Below are positions 37,616 to 45,740 of a stretch of DNA of 64,000 bases, one piece after another (the stretch's first letter is position 1; the number at the start of each line of letters is the position of its first letter). The notes under the pieces are model-generated. The model was not told where the DNA came from. It saw only the letters and a list, made by a program, of their open reading frames with translations, and ran no database searches. A program made the position numbers and the translations under genes. The stretch is taken from assembly GCA_013204455.1 (NCBI GenBank), contig JABMNW010000192.1, positions 2,682 through 66,681 on the forward strand. The letters run 5' to 3'. The stretch comes from Acidimicrobiaceae bacterium (GTDB lineage: Bacteria > Actinomycetota > Acidimicrobiia > Acidimicrobiales > Ilumatobacteraceae).

Positions 37616-38344
37616 ATGGGGACTCAAGTTCGGACGGCAATAATCACTGGAGCTTCCCAGGGAATCGGGCTCGCATGCGCCAAAAGGCTTCATCGCGACG
37701 GGTGTCGAGTATTTGGATTTGATATTAACAAGCCATCGAGTCAAGGCCTAGAAGTCTCAGAATTCACTGAATTCACTGAATTCTTGATTGTCGATGTCAG
37801 CGATTCGTCAGCTTGTAAAGATGCAATGAGCAAAGTTGGCCAAGTTGACATCCTTGTAAACAGCGCCGGGATCGTTGGACCAAACATGCCATTTTGGGAA
37901 GTGTCAGATCAAGATTGGAGTCGCACTCTCGACATCAATTTGACTGGAACTTTTAACATGATGCGGGCCGTAGTCGCGCAAATGCGCGAGCGAAAATGGG
38001 GACGGATTATTAACATCGCGAGCATCGCTGGGAAAGAGGGCAACCCTAATCTTGCTGCATACTCCGCTTCAAAAGCCGCTGTTATCGGACTTACAAAATC
38101 TGTTGGAAAAGAATTAGCAACCGACGGTGTGCTTGTTAATTCAATTGCTCCTGCAGTTATCAGCACTCCAATGAATGAGAAAACTGCGCCGCAGGTTTTG
38201 GAATACATGATCTCACGAATCCCAATGTCTCGAGTTGGTCAACCCGAAGAAGTTGCCGCTCTTGTCTCTTGGCTTGCGTCCGATGAGTGCAGTTTTTCTA
38301 CAGGTGCGTGTTATGACATTTCAGGCGGAAGGGCGACCTACTAA
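37616..38344 (+). CDS. SDR-family oxidoreductase (FabG-like)
   Basis: TGASQGIG and YSASKAA motifs. ATG 37616 is preferred over TTG 37598. Confidence 0.85.
   Translation: MGTQVRTAIITGASQGIGLACAKRLHRDGCRVFGFDINKPSSQGLEVSEFTEFTEFLIVDVSDSSACKDAMSKVGQVDILVNSAGIVGPNMPFWEVSDQDWSRTLDINLTGTFNMMRAVVAQMRERKWGRIINIASIAGKEGNPNLAAYSASKAAVIGLTKSVGKELATDGVLVNSIAPAVISTPMNEKTAPQVLEYMISRIPMSRVGQPEEVAALVSWLASDECSFSTGACYDISGGRATY
37760..37783 (+). repeat. in-frame 9-bp tandem repeat (GAATTCACT x2 plus GAATTC)
   Basis: Read directly: gaattcact gaattcact gaattc. It encodes EFTEFTEF in the variable loop after beta-2 of the SDR. Confidence 0.95.
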
Positions 38345-39279
38345 TGGCCGAACGATTTTTAGTAACAGGCGCGAACGGATGCATCGGCGCATGGGTCGTG
38401 AAACAGTTGCTTGAACAAGGCGTAGAGGTAACCGCGTTCGACCTCAAGGCGGATGAGCATCGACATCTTCTAATAAATGAAGGTGTGATGCCAAAAGCAA
38501 AATGGGCTTATGGCGATTTGACTGTTGCCAAAGACGTAGAAGATGCAATGACGGGAGTAACTCATGTCATTCACCTAGCTGCACTTCAAGTACCGTTTTG
38601 TAGGGCCAACCCTGCGCTCGGTGCAAACGTGAATGTAGTGGGCACTGTCAACATTTTTGAAGCAGCCAAAAAACTTGGCGTCAACAACATCAGCCATGCG
38701 AGCAGTATCGCCGTGTTCGGTTTAGCCGCAGATTACCCAGATGAAAAACTTGCCTCTGATGCTCAGCGACTGCCAACAACTCTTTACGGTGTTTACAAAA
38801 CTGCTGCCGAAGACGTCGCCAAAGTTTATTGGAGTGAATATGGCATCAGAAGTGTTGGCCTTAGACCACACACGGTCTTCGGCCCAGGACGCGACCAAGG
38901 AATGACCTCACAGCCAAGTGTCGCAATTGAGAAAGCAGTGCTCAAGGAGAAGTTTCACGTCGAATACGGCGGAGTGCTTGATTTCCAATATGCCCCTGAC
39001 GTTGCTTCAGCGTTTATCTTGGCAGCAAGAACAAACATCGACGGTGCCCCAGTTGTAAACATCAACGGTCACGTAGTCGGAGTGTCTGACTTTGTTGAGG
39101 TTGTAAAGGCCGTTACCGGATTCAAAGAATTGAGCTACGGCACAACGCAGTTGCCGGTTGTTTACTCTGCGGACTCTCAACCTTGGATTGATCTTGCTTC
39201 TCCTCCACCATTAACAAATCTCCAAGATGCGATAGCGACCTCAGTAAGGATCTTTTCGAACTCGTCACCAACTAATTAA
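38344..39279 (+). CDS. NAD-dependent epimerase/dehydratase (extended SDR)
   Basis: VTGANGCIGAWV and YGVYK motifs. The ATG overlaps the preceding TAA (TAATG). Confidence 0.8.
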   Translation: MAERFLVTGANGCIGAWVVKQLLEQGVEVTAFDLKADEHRHLLINEGVMPKAKWAYGDLTVAKDVEDAMTGVTHVIHLAALQVPFCRANPALGANVNVVGTVNIFEAAKKLGVNNISHASSIAVFGLAADYPDEKLASDAQRLPTTLYGVYKTAAEDVAKVYWSEYGIRSVGLRPHTVFGPGRDQGMTSQPSVAIEKAVLKEKFHVEYGGVLDFQYAPDVASAFILAARTNIDGAPVVNINGHVVGVSDFVEVVKAVTGFKELSYGTTQLPVVYSADSQPWIDLASPPPLTNLQDAIATSVRIFSNSSPTN

Positions 39280-39297
39280 TTGAAATGAGGTAGCCAT

Positions 39298-40155
39298 TTG
39301 AAACTCTTACGCGTTGGCCCGAAAGGAGAAGAGCAACCTGCCGTTATCCCACAAGGCGAGACAGATGCATACGATCTTTTGGGATTGATCTCAGATTTTG
39401 ATCCCGAGTTTTTTGCATCTAGTGGACTCGAGCGAGTAAGCAAAGCCATCAAGGGTGGAAAATTATCAAAAATTGATTTGACCAACAAGCGAATAGGCGC
39501 ACCATTAGTCAATCCACAGAAGATAATTTGCATCGGTCTTAACTATCGCGAGCATGCCCGCGAAGGAAACATGGAGATTCCAAAAGAGCCAATCATCTTC
39601 ATGAAAGCTCCAAACACAATTATCGGTCCAACTGATGAAATAATTATTCCAAGGTTGTCACTTAAAACTGACTGGGAAGTCGAGCTTTGCGTAGTCATCG
39701 GCAAGCAGGCTAAATACATCAAGAGTCCGCAGGAAGCACTCAACTATGTCGCCGGATACGCAGTTTCAAATGATGTCTCCGAAAGAGAGTTTCAACTCGA
39801 GCGTGGTGGTCAGTGGGACAAAGGCAAATCATGTGAGACATTTAATCCCCTCGGACCATGGCTGGTAACCACGGACGAAGTTAGTGACCCTCAGAAACTC
39901 GCCTTATGGCTCAAAGTAAACGGAAACAAGGAACAGTCAAGTAACACTTCAGACATGATCTTTGATGTCGCCTATTTAATTTGGTACACAAGTCAATTTA
40001 TGGTTTTAGATCCAGGAGACATGATCAATACTGGTACGCCACAAGGCGTCGGCAACGGCAAGAAACCACAGCAATTTTTGCAACAAGGTGACATTGTCGA
40101 ACTCGGAATCACCGGACTCGGCGAACAAAAACTTCGCGTTGTCGGCAGCACGTAA
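39298..40155 (+). CDS. fumarylacetoacetate hydrolase (FAH) family protein
   Basis: KIICIGLNYREHA and DWEVEL blocks. TTG start. Confidence 0.85.
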   Translation: MKLLRVGPKGEEQPAVIPQGETDAYDLLGLISDFDPEFFASSGLERVSKAIKGGKLSKIDLTNKRIGAPLVNPQKIICIGLNYREHAREGNMEIPKEPIIFMKAPNTIIGPTDEIIIPRLSLKTDWEVELCVVIGKQAKYIKSPQEALNYVAGYAVSNDVSEREFQLERGGQWDKGKSCETFNPLGPWLVTTDEVSDPQKLALWLKVNGNKEQSSNTSDMIFDVAYLIWYTSQFMVLDPGDMINTGTPQGVGNGKKPQQFLQQGDIVELGITGLGEQKLRVVGST

Positions 40156-40211
40156 TAGGCTGCTTCGCCGTTGGTTATTGGGTCAATCAACTGGGCTATA
40201 CCTTGACCTAG

Positions 40212-40712
40212 TTATTTGATGGCATGTTCGGTGCCAATTAGGGCGTAGACACAGCCGTTTCCTCGTGCTGCACTATCCACCAACGTGACAGTGATGGTAG
40301 AAAAATCTAAGCGATCGGGGTCGGCGGCATAGAAACTTAATTCGCTCAGTTCCGTCCAAGATGCACCATCATTAGTCGACGTTCGAATCTGCATTCCAGA
40401 TCTCAGATTTGTTACAGGATCCAACTTGTCGATAGTAATTCCGTCGGACGAAGTCAGAGCACAAGCATGCCGCTTCCATGGTGCAGATCCTGTTGTCTGC
40501 AGGTCATGGGCAAATGCCAAATAACCAGACGCCACCTTGACCACTTGTGGATCGCCAAGAAATCCAGCGGCGGCGCCGTCGATACTTTTGCAGGCAGATG
40601 AACTAACGACGTTTCCCGATCCTTTTGTAAAATCTTTGCCATCAACCGAGTGGATCTTGTTATCGAACCCCGCAATTGGAATCTGTGGCTCGTTGCCATT
40701 CTTAAAAAACAA
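40212..40712 (-). CDS. hypothetical protein with one Asp-box (BNR)-like motif; probably the 3' part of a frameshifted gene
   Basis: RTSTNDGASWTEL resembles an Asp-box. The TTG 'start' sits inside a T6 run (plus-strand A6, 40704-40709), and another frame is open upstream to 40890. Confidence 0.35.
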   Translation of the reverse strand: MFFKNGNEPQIPIAGFDNKIHSVDGKDFTKGSGNVVSSSACKSIDGAAAGFLGDPQVVKVASGYLAFAHDLQTTGSAPWKRHACALTSSDGITIDKLDPVTNLRSGMQIRTSTNDGASWTELSELSFYAADPDRLDFSTITVTLVDSAARGNGCVYALIGTEHAIK

Positions 40713-40966
40713 TCGTTGATCCGGATGACTTGCACTTTGTCACTTTTGTATTTTGAGCCTTTGTCAATTTCTTGGCAGAAACAATTTTGTTCGCAGCTTT
40801 CACCCCAACGGTTTTATCAAGACATGTTTTGGTCACAGGATCAACTACGACCGCTCGCGCTAAATCAAATGTGCCAAGTAATCCGATTTTTTATGGAAAC
40901 TAATTCATTAATAGTGCTCTATATAATACCTTTATTACGAAACAAATTAGAGTATCCAAACTGGCC

Positions 40967-42163
40967 GTGGCGCGCCCGAGTCCTGTAATAAAAAGGGCTA
41001 CCGCCAAACGCACAACGGCGAACACCGAGGCGATTCTTAAGGCACTCACTTTCGAAGCAAACCATCACGGCCTCGACCGAATAAGTGCCAGCGCGGTTGC
41101 CACTCGAGCCCACCTAACAACTGGCGCAATTTACAGCCGATACGAGCACACCGACGAAATGTTGGTCGCACTTTGGCAAAAAGTTATCGCATCCGAATTA
41201 GCCGATCACGTTTACGAGACGGTGTCATTCATCACTTCAGAACAAACCACCAAGTTAAACAGTAAGACAGCAGCACAAATCGACAATCCGTCACAAATTT
41301 TGCGTTTAGGCGTCGAGTTTCTTATTGTCGCCCGTCGTAACGACACAGTGGGCGAAATCGTCATTCCGCAAGTTTCAAAATGGCTACAAGAGTCTGGGCT
41401 AAAAAAAGACAGCACACCACTTCAATGTGCTGGGGTTGCGCTCGGCGCTTCTACGCTGATCGGCGCGGTGTTGCGTTCCTTTATAACCACCACTAATCCA
41501 GGTTTAAGTAATTTGCTACTAAATTTTCGCAGCGCATATCTTTCTGCGACGCCAAGTTCCGGCCCACCACCGGAAGTCGACCCAAACGAAATTCGCTCAA
41601 ATACGGGAAACGCTGTCCGCGATGTGTTGATCGATACAACCGCAGAAGTTATGAGCAGAACAGGTTTTACCGGCGCCACGATTTCGCGCATTGCCCGACG
41701 ATCAGACCTAACAAGTGGCTCGCTTTACAATATCTATAAAGACAAAGAAGAGCTGATGAATGATGCCGTGCGAGAACTTCTACGTACGTCACAGAACGTG
41801 AATGTGGCCGCTAAGGCCGATGCCGCTCGACACCACCGAAGTGACTTCGGATTAACCGACAGTTTTCAGTTTGGCTTAATCCCCGATCGCCAGAGCTGGA
41901 TTAAATTTCGCAACGAATGTATAGTCGCGGCCAGACATCACCGCACTACACGTAACGAAATCAGAAAAGTATTTGGTGAAGGTCGAGACAGGACACAAGC
42001 GTCGTTGCCAAATCTCCAACCGGCAATAATCGATGCGTTAAGTGCAGGCGAACAGGCAATCGGCTTAGGGTATACCACGCTCAACCCCTATACGGATCAA
42101 TTCGCACGCTGCGACTTTTATGCGATCATGATGAAGATCGCTAAACAGGCCAACCTCACCTAG
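40967..42163 (+). CDS. TetR-family regulator with two tandem TetR modules
   Basis: 398 aa. HTH 1: ISASAVATRAHLTTGAIYSRYEHTDEML. HTH 2, around residue 230: ATISRIARRSDLTSGSLYNIYKDKEELM. GTG start. Confidence 0.75.
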   Translation: MARPSPVIKRATAKRTTANTEAILKALTFEANHHGLDRISASAVATRAHLTTGAIYSRYEHTDEMLVALWQKVIASELADHVYETVSFITSEQTTKLNSKTAAQIDNPSQILRLGVEFLIVARRNDTVGEIVIPQVSKWLQESGLKKDSTPLQCAGVALGASTLIGAVLRSFITTTNPGLSNLLLNFRSAYLSATPSSGPPPEVDPNEIRSNTGNAVRDVLIDTTAEVMSRTGFTGATISRIARRSDLTSGSLYNIYKDKEELMNDAVRELLRTSQNVNVAAKADAARHHRSDFGLTDSFQFGLIPDRQSWIKFRNECIVAARHHRTTRNEIRKVFGEGRDRTQASLPNLQPAIIDALSAGEQAIGLGYTTLNPYTDQFARCDFYAIMMKIAKQANLT

Positions 42164-42190
42164 GAATTTTAGTATTGCCGCGGAGGTGAG

Positions 42191-43696
42191 TTAGCGTTTT
42201 TTAAAGTTCTCCGCCAAGTTGACAAGCAAGCGTGTGCCGTAGGCAGTGGCCCCGCGTTGCAGCCAGCCGGCATCCGCATCTGCCCACATTGGACCAGCAA
42301 TGTCGAGGTGCGCCCACGGTATACCCGAGACGAACTCCTCCAAGAACAATGCCGCCGTAATCGCACCAGCATCAGGCCCACCGACGTTCTTCATGTCAGC
42401 AATATAAGAGTCGATTAATTTGCGATACTGGCGCTCAAGTGGCAACTGCCATGTTTGCTCATCGGTGGCTTTGCTCGCCGAGACAACTTGATCGACAAAG
42501 CGTTGGTTGTTACCCATTACTCCCGACATTGATGGCCCGAGCGCGCGAGCGCAAGCACCAGTGAGAGTTGCAATGTCGACGATCGCATCGGGCTTTTGCT
42601 CGGCGGCGAGCGACAAACCATCGGCCAACACCAAACGCCCTTCGGCGTCGGTGTTATGAATCTCGACTGTCTTGCCGTTTCGCATCGTCAGCACATCGCC
42701 CATCGCCATCGCACTTCCCGATGGCAAATTATCGGTGCACATTAGATACGCCGTCACCTGGTTTTTGCAACCAAGTGCTTTGAGCGTCGACATCGTGGCC
42801 AACACCGCAGCGGCGCCGCTCATGTCGGCTTTCATCATCGCATGCGACGGATCAGATGGCTTGAGACTGATACCACCCGAGTCGTACATCACGCCTTTGC
42901 CCACCATTATTAGGTGTGGCGGTTTCGCGGATTTAGATTTTTTGCCAACAGATTTCTTAGCACCACGAAAGGCACTTGGATGATAAGAAATTTTGACCAT
43001 CCTTGGTGGGTTCACACTCCCGCGGTTCACGCCAATCATTCCTCCACATCCCATCGCCAACAACTGATCTTTGGTAAAAATTTCGACACGTAAACCGACT
43101 TCGATGCCGATCTTCTGCGCGTGTTCGGCAATCATCTTGGCGGTTAGGTATGCCGGCGGCATATTCGCTAAGTCACGAGCCATCAACACTGCGTCGGCGA
43201 TTATCACACCGCGCTTTGCGCCCGAAGTTACTGCGGCGGTCGTGCTGGAGGTTGCCACAAGCGTCACCGTGCTCAACTTTGCCGAGAGTTTAACTTTTGT
43301 TTTCAACGCGTCGTATCGATGTGTCGCCAACATTAAGCCTTCGACAACTGCTTGAGCAATTTCACTACGATCACCTCGACCAGCATTTGCCAATGTGGTT
43401 GTTAGCGACCCAATTTTGCTGGACGCTCTTGCCAACGCAGCCGCGGCATTCCGCATCACATCTGCATCGGCCTTACCGACTTCACCAATTCCAACGGCAA
43501 TCGTGTATTTGGTTCCCACCATCGGGATCACCAGCGTCTGACCTACTTTGCCTTCAAAACCGAGCGCGCCCAACTGGGTGCGTGTGAGAATTATTTCTTT
43601 AGGTAGTGCTCCATCGCCGGCAACGGCTATGCCAATTGCCTCGGCAGTAGCTGGTGCCGAACTGGCGACATTAATTACAAGTGTGCTGGTTTTCAT
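42191..43696 (-). CDS. pepA: leucyl aminopeptidase (M17)
   Basis: NTDAEGRLVLAD signature and VGKGVMYDSGG. Confidence 0.9.
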   Translation of the reverse strand: MKTSTLVINVASSAPATAEAIGIAVAGDGALPKEIILTRTQLGALGFEGKVGQTLVIPMVGTKYTIAVGIGEVGKADADVMRNAAAALARASSKIGSLTTTLANAGRGDRSEIAQAVVEGLMLATHRYDALKTKVKLSAKLSTVTLVATSSTTAAVTSGAKRGVIIADAVLMARDLANMPPAYLTAKMIAEHAQKIGIEVGLRVEIFTKDQLLAMGCGGMIGVNRGSVNPPRMVKISYHPSAFRGAKKSVGKKSKSAKPPHLIMVGKGVMYDSGGISLKPSDPSHAMMKADMSGAAAVLATMSTLKALGCKNQVTAYLMCTDNLPSGSAMAMGDVLTMRNGKTVEIHNTDAEGRLVLADGLSLAAEQKPDAIVDIATLTGACARALGPSMSGVMGNNQRFVDQVVSASKATDEQTWQLPLERQYRKLIDSYIADMKNVGGPDAGAITAALFLEEFVSGIPWAHLDIAGPMWADADAGWLQRGATAYGTRLLVNLAENFKKR

Positions 43697-43776
43697 GGTG
43701 ATATTTACTCCTTATATATAGGTATATATGTGTAGGTACATTTTTGCGTACAAAATCAATGAATGGATGAAACGAA

Positions 43777-44325
43777 CTATTCGATACTACGCACTGGCAA
43801 CGACTTTCCTTCTTGCCAGCGAGCCAACGTCCACAATAAATCCGATAGTCGGTTTAAATATGGGCAGGCCTGCGATGGTGGTTGTGCCGCTGAGATCGAG
43901 TGTCGCTCGGCGCGACGCACAACCGTTCGACCAACATCTAAGAGTGCCGCAATTCTGTTTTCGCCTGGCACGACAAATTCGGTTGGTGGGCTGAACTTTT
44001 CATCCAGCGAGTCGATCGTTTGTTCGAGTTTGGTTACCATTTCGCTTGTCACGAGGGACTTGCCGGCCTTCAACTTGTGGCGGTTCTCGGGCAATGTCGC
44101 CAACTCGGCCATCAACACCCACAAGTCACGCATGATGTGCACGAGGATCTCGTCGAGTTCGCTACCTTTTCGAGATTCGGCACGCGCTAGTCCTAAAATT
44201 GCTTGCGCTTCGTCGACTGCGCCGTAAGCGCGGGGCAAAGCACTATCTTTACCGACTCGCCCACCATAAAACAGCCCGGTTGTGCCGTCGTCACCTGCCC
44301 GGGTGTAGACCTTTTCGCGACTCAT
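43777..44325 (-). CDS. PduO-type ATP:cob(I)alamin adenosyltransferase
   Basis: N-terminal YTRAGDDGTTGL motif, about 180-aa helical bundle. Confidence 0.85.
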   Translation of the reverse strand: MSREKVYTRAGDDGTTGLFYGGRVGKDSALPRAYGAVDEAQAILGLARAESRKGSELDEILVHIMRDLWVLMAELATLPENRHKLKAGKSLVTSEMVTKLEQTIDSLDEKFSPPTEFVVPGENRIAALLDVGRTVVRRAERHSISAAQPPSQACPYLNRLSDLLWTLARWQEGKSLPVRSIE

Positions 44326-44349
44326 AACGAGTAACGCTAGTTGAGCAAA

Positions 44350-44381
44350 CCAGACACTGCCTCACCCAGTAAGTACTCTCG
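44350..44381 (+). repeat. 32-bp direct repeat, left copy
   Basis: Identical to 45063-45094 (read directly). Confidence 0.95.
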
Positions 44382-44404
44382 GGCGAGCCTCTTGTCTGCT
44401 CGCC
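44382..44404 (-). terminator. hairpin immediately downstream of the XRE-nucleotidyltransferase gene
   Basis: GGCGAGC-ctcttgtct-GCTCGCC. It lies 3 nt after the stop codon and abuts the left repeat. No U-tract. Confidence 0.4.
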
Positions 44405-44407
44405 GTG

Positions 44408-44980
44408 TCACAGGTTGATTGCGTGGCTTAGTACTTCGTCGCGCAAATCGGGCTTCAAACTACGCGCTGAGCCCAAGTCAACTTTGACACCAAGCAGGTC
44501 TATTAATGCATGTTCGAGACCGATGAGATCAATCAGCCCGACGCCAGGATCAAGATCGACGAGAATATCGATGTCACTTCGTTTCTTGGATTCACCCTTT
44601 GCAATACTGCCGAATATTCGCACGTTTCTTGCGCCACTCCTTTTCGCCAATTCGATAATCTGCTTTCTATTTCGCAGAACAAGACGAGCAAGTCGACTAT
44701 CAGGTATCTGAGGCACTTTCGTGCGGCGCTTTGGTTTGAGATCGATGCCCATGCCGAGAATGTCGAGCAAGTGCAAGAACGTGTCGGCGCCAGGCTCTCG
44801 ATTGCCCCGCTCGTAATCGCTGATCACCGACTGTGCGAGTCCAGAACTACGAGCAAGTTCGGCCTGCGACATGCCAGATTCCTTTCGCACCGCCTGCAGA
44901 ATTTTGCTCGATTTCACAAATACACTATATAGCGTATTCGCTATATCTATTCTTGGCTGAATTTGACTTGCCATGCTCAC
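44408..44980 (-). CDS. XRE-type HTH domain fused to a minimal (MNT/MntA-like) nucleotidyltransferase domain
   Basis: HTH: MSQAELARSSGLAQSVISDYERGNREP. NTase: RIFGSIAKGESKKRSDIDILVDL (GSx10-12DxD). Confidence 0.75.
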   Translation of the reverse strand: MSMASQIQPRIDIANTLYSVFVKSSKILQAVRKESGMSQAELARSSGLAQSVISDYERGNREPGADTFLHLLDILGMGIDLKPKRRTKVPQIPDSRLARLVLRNRKQIIELAKRSGARNVRIFGSIAKGESKKRSDIDILVDLDPGVGLIDLIGLEHALIDLLGVKVDLGSARSLKPDLRDEVLSHAINL

Positions 44981-45025
44981 TTACACCCCTTTCGTTTAGT
45001 TGGTCTCAATGGATGTGTAATGATC

Positions 45026-45041
45026 ATGTCGCGAGCGACAT
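45026..45041. promoter_or_regulatory. near-perfect 16-bp palindrome upstream of the XRE-NTase gene (candidate autoregulatory operator)
   Basis: ATGTCGC-GA-GCGACAT, 46 nt upstream of the ATG at 44980. Confidence 0.35.
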
Positions 45042-45062
45042 CGAACCCGGTGAAGTCAAAAG

Positions 45063-45094
45063 CCAGACACTGCCTCACCCAGTAAGTACTCTCG
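45063..45094 (+). repeat. 32-bp direct repeat, right copy
   Basis: Identical to 44350-44381. Confidence 0.95.
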
Positions 45095-45098
45095 CGGT

Positions 45099-45392
45099 AT
45101 GGCTTTGAACAAACCAAGAACCCGTCAAGGCGAGATCGCCGCTCTCGAAAAACTAATTGCTCAACACATACTTGACATGCAGCAGATCGAACTCGACGAA
45201 GGTGTGGCGCATGGCATCATCTCGCCGTGGCTAATAACCAGCGGACGAACTTTGCTCGATAAAGGCGATGAACTAGTTTCGATTCTCGCGCTCGACCCAG
45301 ACTTCAGCAAGCATCGTGATGCCTATATGCGCGAACTTAAAACATTCCACAAATTCCACAAAAAGTGGTCGGACTCTCGTGACGCGGGTTAG
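45099..45392 (+). CDS. hypothetical protein (97 aa, predicted helical)
   Basis: ORF only. It starts 5 nt after the right repeat. Confidence 0.4.
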   Translation: MALNKPRTRQGEIAALEKLIAQHILDMQQIELDEGVAHGIISPWLITSGRTLLDKGDELVSILALDPDFSKHRDAYMRELKTFHKFHKKWSDSRDAG

Positions 45393-45416
45393 AGACGTGG
45401 GTTAGAGACTGGGGTT
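45386..45416 (+). repeat. 13-bp tandem repeat x2.4 (GGGTTAGAGAC + 2 nt)
   Basis: gggttagagacgt gggttagagactg gggtt. The first unit contains the TAG stop of 45099..45392. Confidence 0.9.
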
Positions 45417-45420
45417 GTCT

Positions 45421-45675
45421 ATGCGAATAATTTTCCGTCCAATTGGATACTTGCTCGCTTTCACGGCAGGGATTCTTCAACTAATTTTCTGGTTCATCGC
45501 TTGGGTCAACTGGCTTGGCATACTCGGTTTCTTTATTGGTCTTATCCTGACGCCTGGTGTTCTAATTTTCCCAATAATTTATTGGATCGTCGAAGGTGAT
45601 TTTCCAACCGTCTATTTCCTGCTGATGTTTATCGGCTTTTTTGGAATGCGGCTAGCAAAACTTGGTTCCAAATAG
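45421..45675 (+). CDS. small hydrophobic membrane protein (about 84 aa, about 3 TM segments)
   Basis: Strongly hydrophobic, aromatic-rich ORF. No family recognised. Confidence 0.5.
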   Translation: MRIIFRPIGYLLAFTAGILQLIFWFIAWVNWLGILGFFIGLILTPGVLIFPIIYWIVEGDFPTVYFLLMFIGFFGMRLAKLGSK

Positions 45676-45740
45676 CAGTCGAGCACGTCGCTTCATTTTT
45701 TGCGAATTAATACGTGCAAATCGCTGGGTAGTGTGACGAC

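Larger units (their letters stand above)
44350..45094 (-). mobile_element. putative single-gene insertion cassette bounded by perfect 32-bp direct repeats
   Basis: CCAGACACTGCCTCACCCAGTAAGTACTCTCG occurs at 44350-44381 and 45063-45094. Between the copies lie a palindrome, one gene and a hairpin. Confidence 0.45.

Noticed and set aside
5160-43760. Recurrent AT-rich strings of the type TATAT/TATAA(C/T) in many intergenic regions (about 5195, 13590, 20397, 23488, 36530, 37585, 40920, 43715), considered as a shared operator, for example for the GntR regulator.
   Set aside because: They have no consistent dyad or spacing. They sit where -10 promoter elements are expected in AT-rich spacers, so they are most simply promoter boxes.
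45099-45392. Whether the 97-aa ORF next to the cassette could be the missing HEPN partner of the nucleotidyltransferase (RELKTFH near the C-terminus fits Rx4-6H).
   Set aside because: An Rx5H string alone is common. The ORF is outside the repeat-bounded unit, divergently oriented, and lacks the usual R[ND]xxxH context. I left it as hypothetical.
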